Positions 28,557 to 38,489 of a stretch of 64,000 nucleotides of DNA are shown here, piece by piece; position 1 is the first letter of the stretch; each line of letters starts with the position of its first letter. The position numbers were made by a program, and so were the translations under genes. The notes under the pieces are model-generated. The model worked only from the letters and a program-made list of their open reading frames with translations. It was not told where the DNA came from and made no database searches. The DNA is from Candidatus Latescibacterota bacterium (GTDB taxonomy: Bacteria > Latescibacterota > UBA2968 > UBA8231), in contig OZ244561.1 in the NCBI GenBank assembly GCA_965217585.1, forward strand, positions 6,560,001 through 6,624,000. The letters are read 5' to 3'.

Positions 28557-28678
28557 CCAACTACTCGCTATTGATGACGGGGAGCGTTCTGATGATGCTG
28601 CCGATGATCGTGCTCTTTGTCTTCGGCCAGCGATTCTTCGTGCGCGGTATCCAGCTCGGCGCGCTCAAGGGCTGACCG
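28557..28678 (+). repeat. Direct repeat copy 2 (displaced permease 3' end including stop)
   Basis: Encodes NYSLLMTGSVLMMLPMIVLFVFGQRFFVRGIQLGALKG*; abuts the convergent nuclease stop at 28682. Confidence 0.95.
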
Positions 28679-28681
28679 GAG

Positions 28682-29485
28682 TCACAGCTCTGCTTCGGGA
28701 AGCTGCTCCCACTCCAGCTCGTCCTCGTCGATATCCCAATCGTCGCGCCGCGCCGCCGGCCGGTTGCAATAGGTGTGAAATTCGCAGCGCTGGCACTCGC
28801 CCTCGTCGTCGGTTTTGGCGTACGCATCCGCGTCTGGGAGGGCCTCGATGGAGGCGATCGCCTCTGACAAAAGCGCACGTGCCCGCTCGTGCTCAGCGGC
28901 CGAATAGGCAATCGGCTGCAGGGCCTGCGGGTACTGAGCGTGCCAATAGACCAACACCACATCGTCGGGTGCTAGTGCACGGCCCTCGTTCAAGACCGCG
29001 CCGGCCTCGACCAAAACGAAGCGATAGACCAGCGTTTGCCAGCTTTGGGCATAGGCGGCTTGCTCTGGCTTTCTGCGGCCGGTCTTCCAGTCGAATATCC
29101 AAGCGCGGCCATCGTCGGCTAGTACCACGCGGTCGAACTTGGCGACGAGACGCCGACCGGCTAGGGGTACGGAAAGCATGGTTTCCCCGAACACCGCCCC
29201 CGTAGGCACAACCGGTGGCTGCTCGCGCCAATTGCGCCACCAAGCGGCCAACAGCGGATCGCGGCTGCGCTGCACCGCGTCTTCCACATCCATGCCCAAG
29301 CTCTCCTGCAACACAAACTGGTGGAACGCCCGCCCGCGGCCGGCTGCGGCCTCCCACTCATCGAACTGGTCGGTCAGCGGCGCTGGCCACGCCAACCGCT
29401 CGACATAGCGCAACAGGAACTGCCGCCGACAGCGCTCAAAAGCCGTCAGGCTGCTCTGGCTGTACTTGAATCCTTGCGGTATCAT
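28682..29485 (-). CDS. PD-(D/E)xK nuclease, AddB/Cas4-like, four-cysteine cluster
   Basis: YSQSSLTAFERC, GRAFH, KFDRV, IFDWKTG, QTLVY, CQRCEFHTYC; ATGA overlap with the helicase stop. Confidence 0.88.
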   Translation of the reverse strand: MIPQGFKYSQSSLTAFERCRRQFLLRYVERLAWPAPLTDQFDEWEAAAGRGRAFHQFVLQESLGMDVEDAVQRSRDPLLAAWWRNWREQPPVVPTGAVFGETMLSVPLAGRRLVAKFDRVVLADDGRAWIFDWKTGRRKPEQAAYAQSWQTLVYRFVLVEAGAVLNEGRALAPDDVVLVYWHAQYPQALQPIAYSAAEHERARALLSEAIASIEALPDADAYAKTDDEGECQRCEFHTYCNRPAARRDDWDIDEDELEWEQLPEAEL

Positions 29486-31680
29486 CGGCTCTGCTGCTCG
29501 CAATAGAGTTGCAACTGGTGGAAGACCTCGGCCATGGGCACGGGCTGCGTCCGCGTGGCGCGCGGAATCTGGCGACTCCAGCTCAGGACCAAATAGCGCC
29601 GCGCACGAGTAATGGCGACGTAGAGTAACCGCAGCCGCTCGGCGATCACTTCGGCGTGGGAGCGATCGGTGGCCGACAGCCGGCTCGACCCGATTTCGCC
29701 GATCAGGTCCAACAGCTCGGCCCGCGCATCCTCGCAGGGATCGCCGCCGAGAAACTCGTACTCGCCCAAAAACCGCGCGTCGAGGTCGTGGGGAAACCAA
29801 TCGCCATCAACCCCCATGACATAGACTAGATCCCACTCCATCCCCTTGGCTTTGTGCATGGTCGTCAGGAAAATCCGCCCGGGCTGAGGCGCCAATGCGT
29901 CCTCTGCTTCGGCGAGCGCCCCCGCCCGGCCCTGTACGGCCTCGCTCAGCTCGCGCACCAACTCGGGCAATTGCCAATCTGCGTTTTGGTCGGCGCGGGT
30001 GCGCACATAGACCGCCAGTTGCTGCGCCCGCGCCATATCCTCTTCCTTTAACAAATCTTGGGCAACCGTCATCAGGAGCTGATCTACCGGCAACGCGACC
30101 GCCCGCAGCCAGCGCCGCAGATAGCCACACAGAAGGGCGATGGCCTCCAAATCCTGCGGCTCGATGCGATCCAGCGGAGGCAGGGCCGCTTCCATGCGCT
30201 GGCCGGCCTCCGGATAGAGCAGTGCTTCGGGCCGATAGCAACTGCGCAGCAGCATGGCCACGGCCTCCTCGTTCCCCGGCCCACTCGGCCCGGGCCAAAA
30301 GCCGACCAAGGCGCGGTAAGCCCGCTCTAACTGGTTGCGCTGCAAGGGCTCGGCGAGAAAGCCCAGCACCTCGCATAGGGCCTCGCCCACCCGCCGCGCC
30401 GAGCGCGGGCTTTGCAGCACCTCGTCGAAGTCCGCTCCGGCTTGGCGCAAGCGCTCGGCCATATCGTAGCCGATGCGGTTGGTCGGCACCAGCACCGCCA
30501 CCGTCAAGTTCGGACTGCGCTCGGCAAAACCCTTGGCCCGACGAGTGATGCTGTCGAATTCATCGAGGCGGTTGTTGTACTCGCGAAACCTTATGGCACT
30601 GTCCGCGTCCGCGGGGTTTTGCTGGGGATCGCCGCGGTCGGTGGGCTGCATTTGCTGGGGCCGGAAAGCGCGCTGGCGCACCTCGGCCAGCGGGTGTTCG
30701 ACCGCGGCCCACTCGACCAGAAAGTTGGCCAATTCCATGACCTTAGGGGCGCAGCGGCCGGAGATCGTCATCTCCGCGACTGCGACATCTTCGCGCTCCA
30801 AGAAGCGGCGCAAATAGCGAGGATCGGCTGCGGTGAAGGTGCTCATAATCGCCTGATTGGGATCGCCGACCCGGAGCCAATTGCCGCCCGGCCCCACCAA
30901 CAGCGCGATCAGCTCCTCCTGCAAGGGGACGCTGTCTTGCGCCTCGTCCTCCAAGACGAAGGGCCAACGCCGCCGGTAGCGGCTGCACAAATCCGGGTAT
31001 TGCTGCAACATATCTACAGCCATCCACACCAAGTCGTCGAAATCGAGGCCGCCGATGGTCTCGACTTGTTGCTGGTAGAGCCGGTAGATTTCCGCGCCGA
31101 TCCGCAAAAACGGGTCGCCATCTTCCCGGCCGCCGAGCCGCGCCAAGAGATCCTCGGCCCGCAGCCGGCGGTTCTTGGCCGTGGTGATGACCGTGCGGGC
31201 CACTTTCCGCGCAATGTCGCGCCACTCCTGCTCCCACTGCTGATCCACGTATTCCCCAGGTCCCAACCGGCCCCACACCCCCTTGTTGTCGTCGTTCCAG
31301 GTCCGCACCGCCTTGTCGAGCAAGCTCTCGCTAGCGCGCTCGTCGAGCACCATAAATTCGGCTGCGGCCCCCACCAGCCCGGGATTGGCTTGGACGATGC
31401 CGTAGGCCAAGCTGTGCAAGGTCCGCACGTCGTAGCCGACCGGGAGCATGTCCATCTCTTGCAAGCGCTGGCCGATCCGGGCGCGGACATTGTCCACGGC
31501 CGCGTTTTGGTAGGTCACGATTAGCACCTGCCCCCCCTCGGTGCGCCTTTCGGCGATCAGCCGAGTCGCCAAGGCGACAATCGCGGCGGTCTTACCGCTG
31601 CCGGGCACCGCTGACACGCCGAGCAGGCCGCCTTGATAGGCCAAAATCTCGCGCTGTCCCGCGCGCGGCTCAAACCTCAC
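29482..31680 (-). CDS. UvrD-like SF1 helicase with no fused nuclease
   Basis: AVPGSGKT, TLHSLA, DFDDL, EDEAQD, VGDPNQAI, TMHKAKGMEWD, RLLYVAITRA; GTG 31680 with AGGAG RBS and GTGA overlap. Confidence 0.9.
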   Translation of the reverse strand: MRFEPRAGQREILAYQGGLLGVSAVPGSGKTAAIVALATRLIAERRTEGGQVLIVTYQNAAVDNVRARIGQRLQEMDMLPVGYDVRTLHSLAYGIVQANPGLVGAAAEFMVLDERASESLLDKAVRTWNDDNKGVWGRLGPGEYVDQQWEQEWRDIARKVARTVITTAKNRRLRAEDLLARLGGREDGDPFLRIGAEIYRLYQQQVETIGGLDFDDLVWMAVDMLQQYPDLCSRYRRRWPFVLEDEAQDSVPLQEELIALLVGPGGNWLRVGDPNQAIMSTFTAADPRYLRRFLEREDVAVAEMTISGRCAPKVMELANFLVEWAAVEHPLAEVRQRAFRPQQMQPTDRGDPQQNPADADSAIRFREYNNRLDEFDSITRRAKGFAERSPNLTVAVLVPTNRIGYDMAERLRQAGADFDEVLQSPRSARRVGEALCEVLGFLAEPLQRNQLERAYRALVGFWPGPSGPGNEEAVAMLLRSCYRPEALLYPEAGQRMEAALPPLDRIEPQDLEAIALLCGYLRRWLRAVALPVDQLLMTVAQDLLKEEDMARAQQLAVYVRTRADQNADWQLPELVRELSEAVQGRAGALAEAEDALAPQPGRIFLTTMHKAKGMEWDLVYVMGVDGDWFPHDLDARFLGEYEFLGGDPCEDARAELLDLIGEIGSSRLSATDRSHAEVIAERLRLLYVAITRARRYLVLSWSRQIPRATRTQPVPMAEVFHQLQLYCEQQSR

Positions 31681-33752
31681 CCGCGACCCTCCTGCAAGAC
31701 CTGTTGCACCGCCATCATCAGCGGCCCGTCCTGTGCCGAGCCGCGGCCTTCTGAGTCGCTGGCACAGAGGTAAATCCCGTCGCGGCAGCGCAGGCACAGG
31801 CCCCGCACTAAGCGGTAGAGGTTGCGGTTGCGGATCGAGTAATCCACGGCGTCGGTCCAGCGTTCTTCTGGGTTCCAGCGCCGGGTCAGCACGTAGTGGT
31901 TGGTCAAGGGCTGGTGCAGTGGCTCCCACCAAGTCGCCGAGCCAATGTCCAGCCAGAACTGGTAGCGCGCCACATGGCCGGAGAGCAAGTAGGTATAGAC
32001 CGGCGCGACGAGGGCAATGGACTCTGGGGCCTCGTCGAGATCGACATCGGTCAGGTATTGGGCGGCGACGACCCCGGACCCTATCATCTCGACGTAGCGC
32101 TGGCCAATGGCCGCACCCTCTAGCGCCATAGCCGGAGCCACCTCGCGGAATGAGGCAGCCGAGGCAATCAGCTTGCTGTACACCTCGGCGTCTTCGGGCT
32201 CCAGCGCGGCGTGCGACAACACCTCCCCGAAGAGCCGGCGCAAAAAGTGATCCCAAGGGTCGGCCGCGCCGCCGCGATACGCCTCAATCCAAGCGCGTAG
32301 AGCCTCGTAGCGGGTGAGCGCAGCCCGGCCTATCCGCTCGCCCATAGCGGCATTCAACGCGCGCGCGGGTATGAGCTGGCCCGAGCGCGGGTCGTACAAG
32401 TGCCGCGCCATCAGCTCGGCCCGCAGCCGGTCGAGGGGTTTGAGCGCCCGCTCTAACGCCCCGGACAAATCGAAGAGCGAGAGCCGCTGTCCCCAATTGG
32501 GATGGGCGAGAATGGCCAGCGCCAGACAGGCGCGCACCACCGGCTCTTCGCGCAGCGTCTCATAGCGTCGCACGATCGCAAAGGGGATGTCGGCGGCGCG
32601 AAAGGTCTCAGACAGGAGGAAGCGCAACACCCCGTCGGCGTGCGGAGCCACGACCGCGATTTCGCCCGGGGCTATCCCCTCGGCTATTTTCTGGACGATC
32701 CGCTGGGCTACGGCCTCGATCATCTGCCCTCGGTAGCGGGCCTGCACTACATCCGCCACCGCCAGCCGAGGCGACCCTCCCGAGGCTCCGTGGGTTGCCT
32801 GACCCAACTGCGCGCCCATGCGGTCGGCAAAGGCCACCATGTTCCGGGTGGCACACGCCTCCGGTGCCACAGAGATCGCCTCCGCGCACCGCTGCTGTAG
32901 CTCCGTGGCACCAGGCGCATCAACGCCTAAAAAGATGCGAAAACCAGCTTGCGCGTCCCCGCCCAACAGGGCTGAGTCGCACCTCGGCAAGAGTCGCTTC
33001 ACCAGATCGCCGGCCACTGGCACCAGTTCCTCGGCTGAGTCCACTAAGAGGTGGCGATAGCGCTCGGTGAAGTAGCGCCAGAATTCCTCTTGCGCGATTA
33101 GGTGGCGGTTGCAGACCTCAAAGACCAGCGACGCGTCGAGCAACCCGTGCCGCAGGCAGTGGCTACGGTAGCGTTCGATGCACGTCTGCACCTGCTCGTA
33201 CACGCGCAGCCGCTGCTCTTCCCCAGCCCAAGCGCGACTCAGACGCGGTGCCACTTCCGCGAGCGCGAAATCGGCTACGGCCGCCTTGTTCAAATTGTCG
33301 AGTAATTGGGAGAGAATGCGCTGGGGCCGCAGGTACAAGCCCTCGAAATAGCCCTCGGCGAGCAGCGGCTCGACCACCTGCCCCATCAGATATTGGGCGG
33401 CCTCGTAGTTGAGGAAAACCGGCGGCCGCGCTGGTGCAGTAAAGCCGGCCTTGCTAGCCACCAGCGGCCAAAACAGCCGCACCAATCGACTCGCCAGCCC
33501 GTAGTACGTCTGTAGATCGACGGTGCTGTACGGACCCAAGTCGAGCCGATCTACTGCTTGGCGAAAGCGCCGCGCGGTTGCCCGGTCGGGCAGCAATACC
33601 AAGATCGCGTACCCGGGCACCCCTGCTGCGAGCAAAACCCGCAGCCGCTCGATCAGGGCCTGCCGCTGCCCCGCTACGAGCGGCCCGGCGAGAAAGCAAG
33701 AATGCCGCTCAAATAGGGGGGCGTGCACCGCCCTAGTGAATTCTGGAACCAT
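31677..33752 (-). CDS. Degenerate (probably inactive) SF1 helicase-fold protein
   Basis: Walker A region reads AGPLVAGQRQAL with no GKT; GVPGYAILVLLP; Walker B region RYRHLLVDSAEE; GIAPGEIAVVAP. Confidence 0.7.
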   Translation of the reverse strand: MVPEFTRAVHAPLFERHSCFLAGPLVAGQRQALIERLRVLLAAGVPGYAILVLLPDRATARRFRQAVDRLDLGPYSTVDLQTYYGLASRLVRLFWPLVASKAGFTAPARPPVFLNYEAAQYLMGQVVEPLLAEGYFEGLYLRPQRILSQLLDNLNKAAVADFALAEVAPRLSRAWAGEEQRLRVYEQVQTCIERYRSHCLRHGLLDASLVFEVCNRHLIAQEEFWRYFTERYRHLLVDSAEELVPVAGDLVKRLLPRCDSALLGGDAQAGFRIFLGVDAPGATELQQRCAEAISVAPEACATRNMVAFADRMGAQLGQATHGASGGSPRLAVADVVQARYRGQMIEAVAQRIVQKIAEGIAPGEIAVVAPHADGVLRFLLSETFRAADIPFAIVRRYETLREEPVVRACLALAILAHPNWGQRLSLFDLSGALERALKPLDRLRAELMARHLYDPRSGQLIPARALNAAMGERIGRAALTRYEALRAWIEAYRGGAADPWDHFLRRLFGEVLSHAALEPEDAEVYSKLIASAASFREVAPAMALEGAAIGQRYVEMIGSGVVAAQYLTDVDLDEAPESIALVAPVYTYLLSGHVARYQFWLDIGSATWWEPLHQPLTNHYVLTRRWNPEERWTDAVDYSIRNRNLYRLVRGLCLRCRDGIYLCASDSEGRGSAQDGPLMMAVQQVLQEGRG

Positions 33753-33768
33753 GATTTTTGCGCTGCGC

Positions 33769-34233
33769 TCAGCCCGGGGGTGGGTTGCGCGTGAAAATAT
33801 CGACGACCTCGGCCGCATCAGCCGCTTGCAGCAAGCTCTGGCGCACTTCCTCTTGCTGCAAGCGCTGCGACAGAGCCGCCAGCAGCGCCATGTGCTGTTT
33901 TTGGTGTTTCTGGGGCGTGACCAACAGTGCGATGATGTGGACGGGCTGGCCGTCAATCACGTCAAAGTCAATGCCGACCTGCGAGATGCCGATGGCTAAG
34001 AGCTGGCGCTGGATCCCGTCCTCGTGTGCGTGGGGTACGGCTACGCCCTTGCCAATGCCCGTGGAGGCCTGTTGCTCGCGCCGAATCAAGGCCGCGAGCA
34101 AGCGCTTCTGGTCGGGCACGACCTCGTCTTGCCACAGCACGGTGGCCAATTCGCGGATGGCATCGAAGTTGCGCTGCGCCGTGAGGTTCAGAACGACCTT
34201 ATTCGGATCGAGTATGCGTCTTAATTTTTCCAT
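33769..34233 (-). CDS. PTS EIIA (Fru/Ntr-type) domain protein
   Basis: REQQASTGIGKGVAVPHA, GIDFDVIDGQPVHII, HMALLAAL. Confidence 0.88.
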   Translation of the reverse strand: MEKLRRILDPNKVVLNLTAQRNFDAIRELATVLWQDEVVPDQKRLLAALIRREQQASTGIGKGVAVPHAHEDGIQRQLLAIGISQVGIDFDVIDGQPVHIIALLVTPQKHQKQHMALLAALSQRLQQEEVRQSLLQAADAAEVVDIFTRNPPPG

Positions 34234-34284
34234 AGCGACCCTCAGCGGCGTTAAAGGGGAAGCAGCCACAGCTTATATACCCGA

Positions 34285-36129
34285 TCAAGGCCCCCGCTGC
34301 AACTCGCCTGCTTTTTGGTTCCAGCGACGCGCTTCGTCATAGCGACCCTGTTCTCGCTCGATACGCGCCATCAAGCGATAGGGCATAGGCTGCCAAGGGT
34401 CGATGGCCGCCGCGGCTGCCGCATGCTCCATAGCGCGATCCAACTCGCCAACTTCAAACAACTTAAGCGCCACGTTAAAGCGCGTGGTGCGCGAGTCGAA
34501 AGCGAGGGTCGCCGCCTGCGAGTATGCGGCTGTGGCCCCGGCTCGATCCCCAGCCCACAGGCGCTCCTCGCCGGCCATAAAATAATAATTGCTCTGGATC
34601 TTCCGCACCCACGGGTCGCGGAAAAAGCCCGTGGCCAACGCGTTGCCCATCTCGATCTGCGGGGCCAGCCCAGTGCGGTCGTCGGGTGCTTGCAGGCGAT
34701 AGACCAAGCCCGCAGGCACAAACACCCACTCCGCCAGCGGCGAGCGGCGTGGGACCAAATAAAAAAGGGGCTGCCCGCCTCGGGCCAATGCGGCCTCGCG
34801 ACGCCAGCGCAGACGCTCCCGCCTTAGCGGCGGCAGCGCGTGCTCGCTCCAGCCGAGCACATCCGTCCCCCGTCCCATGCGATTGTACAGGGTTACATCC
34901 GGGCGCAAGCCCTCTATCCGCAACAGGTAGTCGAGCACAAAGGCCGCATCGTCCCCCTCGGTAATCAGGATCGCGCCCTCGGGCAAGTCGGCGAGAATGT
35001 CGCGCCCATAGCGGTCGGCGACCCAATTTCCGCTGCGGTCGGATTCCTCGTAGTGCGCGGTTAGCACCAAGGCAACCACGAGCGCGGCGACTGGAATCGA
35101 GACGGCCGGCCGCACCCGGCTGGCCAACGCGTCCAACCCCATGCCCAACCACACCGCCAATCCCACTATGCTGAGCAGGTAAAACACCGGTAGGCCATTG
35201 GGGTCGCGGTGGTAGTTGAGCGCGGCGATTAAATTGCAGGCGATTGCCCCCCCAACCAAGACAAATGCACTGCGATCGCGACGCCAAGCCACCCACCCCC
35301 CCCAAGCGACCAACGGCACTAATGTGAAGTGGAACTCGCCTGCGGCCTGCGCCAGCCAGCGCTGGGTGTTGAGCAGCATACCTTCTAAGGGCAACGAAAA
35401 AAACGACGAGCGATACAGCGCACCGCTCAAGTGCTGCCACAGGGCCGCTAGGTCGTCGAGTGGCCCCCAGTGAAACCCCGTGCCCCGGCCATTGCGCAGC
35501 GGCAGGTACGCCACCAAGCTGTACCCCCCCAGCGCAGCGAGCATCCCCTGCGCCAGCAACAAGGGCCGCCGCCAAAGCGCGGGCCAGCGCCAAGCCAAGA
35601 CCGCGACCACGCCCGGCCAGACGAGTACCTGCATTAAGTGAGCCGTGAGCCCCAAGCCCATCAGCCAGCCCAAGAGGAGCACTTGGCGCGGCTCCTTGCT
35701 CTCACACGTTCTAAGGGTTTGGGCCAGAACCAAGACCACCAGCAATAAAGCCAAGCCATAGACTTCGGCGATGACGGCCTGGGACCAAAAGGTGCGCGAA
35801 AACGCCAACGCTAAGGCCGCGGCCAAAGCCACCACGGGCCGCACCCCGCGCCCATAGAGCAAGCCTGCCAAGGCCCAGCAACAGGCAGCGGCAAACAGAG
35901 CCGACGCGGCATTGATCGCTAGGGCCGGACTAACCCACGGCAGCGCCAGCGCGAGCAAGCGGCTGCTGAGGCAGAACAGGGGATATCCGGTCGGATGCGC
36001 CGTCCCCAACCCGTAGGCCGCGCCGATCAGCTCGCCGCTCCCCTCTACGTACACGGTCGGACACAGCGTCGTCCCATAGACCACGAGCGCGGCAACCCCT
36101 GCGACCAGCCCGATGCTCCTGGCCGTCAC
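34285..36129 (-). CDS. DUF2723 (TMEM260-like GT-C) membrane protein with C-terminal TPR
   Basis: TLCPTVYVEGSGEL, LGTAHPTGYPLF, FWSQAVIAEVY, YLPLR; GTG 36129 overlaps the upstream stop. Confidence 0.8.
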   Translation of the reverse strand: MTARSIGLVAGVAALVVYGTTLCPTVYVEGSGELIGAAYGLGTAHPTGYPLFCLSSRLLALALPWVSPALAINAASALFAAACCWALAGLLYGRGVRPVVALAAALALAFSRTFWSQAVIAEVYGLALLLVVLVLAQTLRTCESKEPRQVLLLGWLMGLGLTAHLMQVLVWPGVVAVLAWRWPALWRRPLLLAQGMLAALGGYSLVAYLPLRNGRGTGFHWGPLDDLAALWQHLSGALYRSSFFSLPLEGMLLNTQRWLAQAAGEFHFTLVPLVAWGGWVAWRRDRSAFVLVGGAIACNLIAALNYHRDPNGLPVFYLLSIVGLAVWLGMGLDALASRVRPAVSIPVAALVVALVLTAHYEESDRSGNWVADRYGRDILADLPEGAILITEGDDAAFVLDYLLRIEGLRPDVTLYNRMGRGTDVLGWSEHALPPLRRERLRWRREAALARGGQPLFYLVPRRSPLAEWVFVPAGLVYRLQAPDDRTGLAPQIEMGNALATGFFRDPWVRKIQSNYYFMAGEERLWAGDRAGATAAYSQAATLAFDSRTTRFNVALKLFEVGELDRAMEHAAAAAAIDPWQPMPYRLMARIEREQGRYDEARRWNQKAGELQRGP

Positions 36130-38486
36130 GACCCCAACCCCAACCTCAGGCGTTCGAGCCACCCGCTCCACAAAGGCCCTTGCGTGGCTATTGCGTGGAG
36201 CACGAAAACCAAGGCCCCTAGCACGGCCAGGACCTTCAACTGCGCCCCCGCATCTGCCGGCATATTCTCCACCGGCGGCAAGATCAGCCGCCGGCCACCC
36301 CAAGCCAACCCCAGCCAGAGCGCGGCCGCGGCCACGCTGACTAGCAAGCCATAGCGGAAGCTATCCGGCTCGTACGAAAAGACGACCTCGCGTGCCCCGG
36401 CTGGGACCACTACGGCGCGGAACACGTGATTGGCGCGGAGGATCGGGTGCTCGACCCCATCGACAAAGGCCCGCCAGCCCGGATAGTGGGTATCGCTCAA
36501 GACCAAAATTCCCCCAGCCGAGTCGGTGAGGTCCACGGCGACTTCTTCGTCCTCGTAGCGGACGATCTGTGCCGCGCCGCCCAGGCCAATCGAGGCGGCC
36601 GGCGCTTCCTCCAAGACGACTTCGCTCCGCATGGGAAACCCGCGTGCCATATAAGTCAGCCCGGCCCGCGGACTAGTGGCGAGGTGGAATTGGCCCACCA
36701 CGTACGCGCGGGGCAAGGCCGCAGGCAGACGCTGCACATCAATGTCCCCGACGCGGCTGTAGCGCACCGCGTATTCCACGCCAGCTAAGGCGGCAAACGC
36801 CGGATAGCCGCGGGCGAATTCTCCGTGGCGATACAGGTGTAGCGGACTCCATCCCGGCAGCGCGTTGGCTATCCCATACAGCCCCCCCGCATACATCCGC
36901 AAGGTCTCGTTATAACGCCGATAGGACTCCAAGTCATAGGCCCATCCCCCGTGCCAATCAAAGGGCGAGTTCCGCTCGGAGACCAAGCTGACGATTCGCG
37001 GCGGCGCAGCAGCCGTGTGGTCGGCCAAAACCTCGCGGGCCGTCTCTGGGGTCTCGGTGTACGCAGCCGGTTCTATGGTGCCGTTAAAATCCGCGCCAAA
37101 GCTGTACAGTTCGGCAAAAATGACCACGGGCGCAGCCCACGCTGCGGCTCGCCGCGCCCGCCGGCCGAGCAGCCACGCGCCGATCGCCAATGCCCCTACG
37201 AGCCGCAAGCCGTCGCCGCGCAAGTGGTGGATGTAGCGCGATTCTGAGCCGTCGGCAAAGAGCGCGACTTCGCTGGCCCACAGCAGGCCCGCACTGGCCA
37301 CGCCGAGGATTGCAGCCAACAGCCAGCCATTCGCGGGCCGGTGCCGCTGGCGGCGCAACACTTGGTCGAGGCCGAGGCCGCAGAGCACGGATGCCCCCAC
37401 GGCAAACCACAACAAAAAGCGCGTCGGGATGCGGAACAGGCTAAACCCCGGAATTTCATAAAAAAAGGAAAAGATGGCCGTGTATTTGCCCAGCGCGAGC
37501 ACCAACCCGGCGAGGGCGAGGACGACGAAAAAACCGACTTGGCCATCCCGCCGCTCGCGCAGGGCCGCCCAAGCCAACAACAGGGGCACCACGCCGACGT
37601 AGGCGCAGAGCTGGATGAAGAAGCCCACCTCCCGGCTCCCGTACGTGCCGTGGGCCGAATTGCCGAAGAAATTGGGCCACAACAAGCTCACTAGCCGCTC
37701 GGGCGGCAGCGACATCGCCACAAAGCTGGTCCACGACAAGCCGGCCCCGCGATTGGATAGCTGCACTAATTCGGCGGTAGGTACGAGCTGGACAGCGGCT
37801 AGGACCGCACCCAGCACGAGTGCGCCAGCCAGCGCCGGCCAAGCGATCCACCCCGCGCCCTGAACCCAACTCCGATAGAGCCAGTAGCCCGCGACTGCGA
37901 CGGCTCCGTACAGGGCGGCTTGGGGGTGGCCAGCCAGCAGTTGCAAGCCAATCGCCAAGGCAAAGAGCAGCACATAAAAAAAGTGCCCCCGGTTCAGGAT
38001 GCGATCGACGAGCCAAAACAGCAGCGGCAACCAAGCACATACGTCGATGAAGTTGGGCGACATGGCCCGCACGACCATGTAGCCGCTCAGGGCGTAGCAA
38101 AGCCCGGCGCACAGCGCGGCCGGCCGCACCGCGCCAAAAGCGCGCACCAGCGCGTACATGCCCGCGCCGGCCAACCACAGGTGCAAGACAATGTTCCAGT
38201 TCAGCGCGGCCCAAGTGGGCAGGAGCAACGCCAAAATCACATTGGGCGGATACAGCGGCCCGGCTTGGCCTTCGGCAAACAAGGGGAAGCCGCAGTTGAT
38301 GGCCGCATTCCACAGCGGCAATTGGCCCTCGCGGAGGGCGCGGGCGAAAAACTCGCGGAACGGGTGGTTTTGCACCATCACGTCCTGCACGAAAAATGCC
38401 CCCTCTAGCACCGCGGCCGGCCAGAAGAAAATGGCGACCGCCGCCCCTATCAGCCCCACAGCACCGAGATCTTTGCGCCACTCCAC
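36126..38486 (-). CDS. YfhO-family GT-C membrane glycosyltransferase
   Basis: GQLPLWN...GFP, LYP, LLAGHPQ, LAAVQLVP, FRIPTRF, LVLSDTHYPGWRAFVDG, ANHVFRAV. Confidence 0.85.
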   Translation of the reverse strand: MEWRKDLGAVGLIGAAVAIFFWPAAVLEGAFFVQDVMVQNHPFREFFARALREGQLPLWNAAINCGFPLFAEGQAGPLYPPNVILALLLPTWAALNWNIVLHLWLAGAGMYALVRAFGAVRPAALCAGLCYALSGYMVVRAMSPNFIDVCAWLPLLFWLVDRILNRGHFFYVLLFALAIGLQLLAGHPQAALYGAVAVAGYWLYRSWVQGAGWIAWPALAGALVLGAVLAAVQLVPTAELVQLSNRGAGLSWTSFVAMSLPPERLVSLLWPNFFGNSAHGTYGSREVGFFIQLCAYVGVVPLLLAWAALRERRDGQVGFFVVLALAGLVLALGKYTAIFSFFYEIPGFSLFRIPTRFLLWFAVGASVLCGLGLDQVLRRQRHRPANGWLLAAILGVASAGLLWASEVALFADGSESRYIHHLRGDGLRLVGALAIGAWLLGRRARRAAAWAAPVVIFAELYSFGADFNGTIEPAAYTETPETAREVLADHTAAAPPRIVSLVSERNSPFDWHGGWAYDLESYRRYNETLRMYAGGLYGIANALPGWSPLHLYRHGEFARGYPAFAALAGVEYAVRYSRVGDIDVQRLPAALPRAYVVGQFHLATSPRAGLTYMARGFPMRSEVVLEEAPAASIGLGGAAQIVRYEDEEVAVDLTDSAGGILVLSDTHYPGWRAFVDGVEHPILRANHVFRAVVVPAGAREVVFSYEPDSFRYGLLVSVAAAALWLGLAWGGRRLILPPVENMPADAGAQLKVLAVLGALVFVLHAIATQGPLWSGWLERLRLGLGS

Positions 38487-38489
38487 GAG

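Noticed and set aside
26882-28678. Diversity-generating retroelement TR/VR pair
   Set aside because: Mismatches include C/T and T/C, are not confined to adenines of one copy, and are mostly synonymous; no reverse transcriptase in the window
28682-29485. CRISPR-associated Cas4
   Set aside because: No CRISPR array or other cas genes seen; the gene is translationally coupled to helicases
29482-32256. ORF-track N-terminal extensions (924-aa helicase, 610-aa miaB, 372-aa nuclease, 672-aa DUF2723)
   Set aside because: Extensions overlap upstream genes; true starts are marked by ATGA/GTGA coupling
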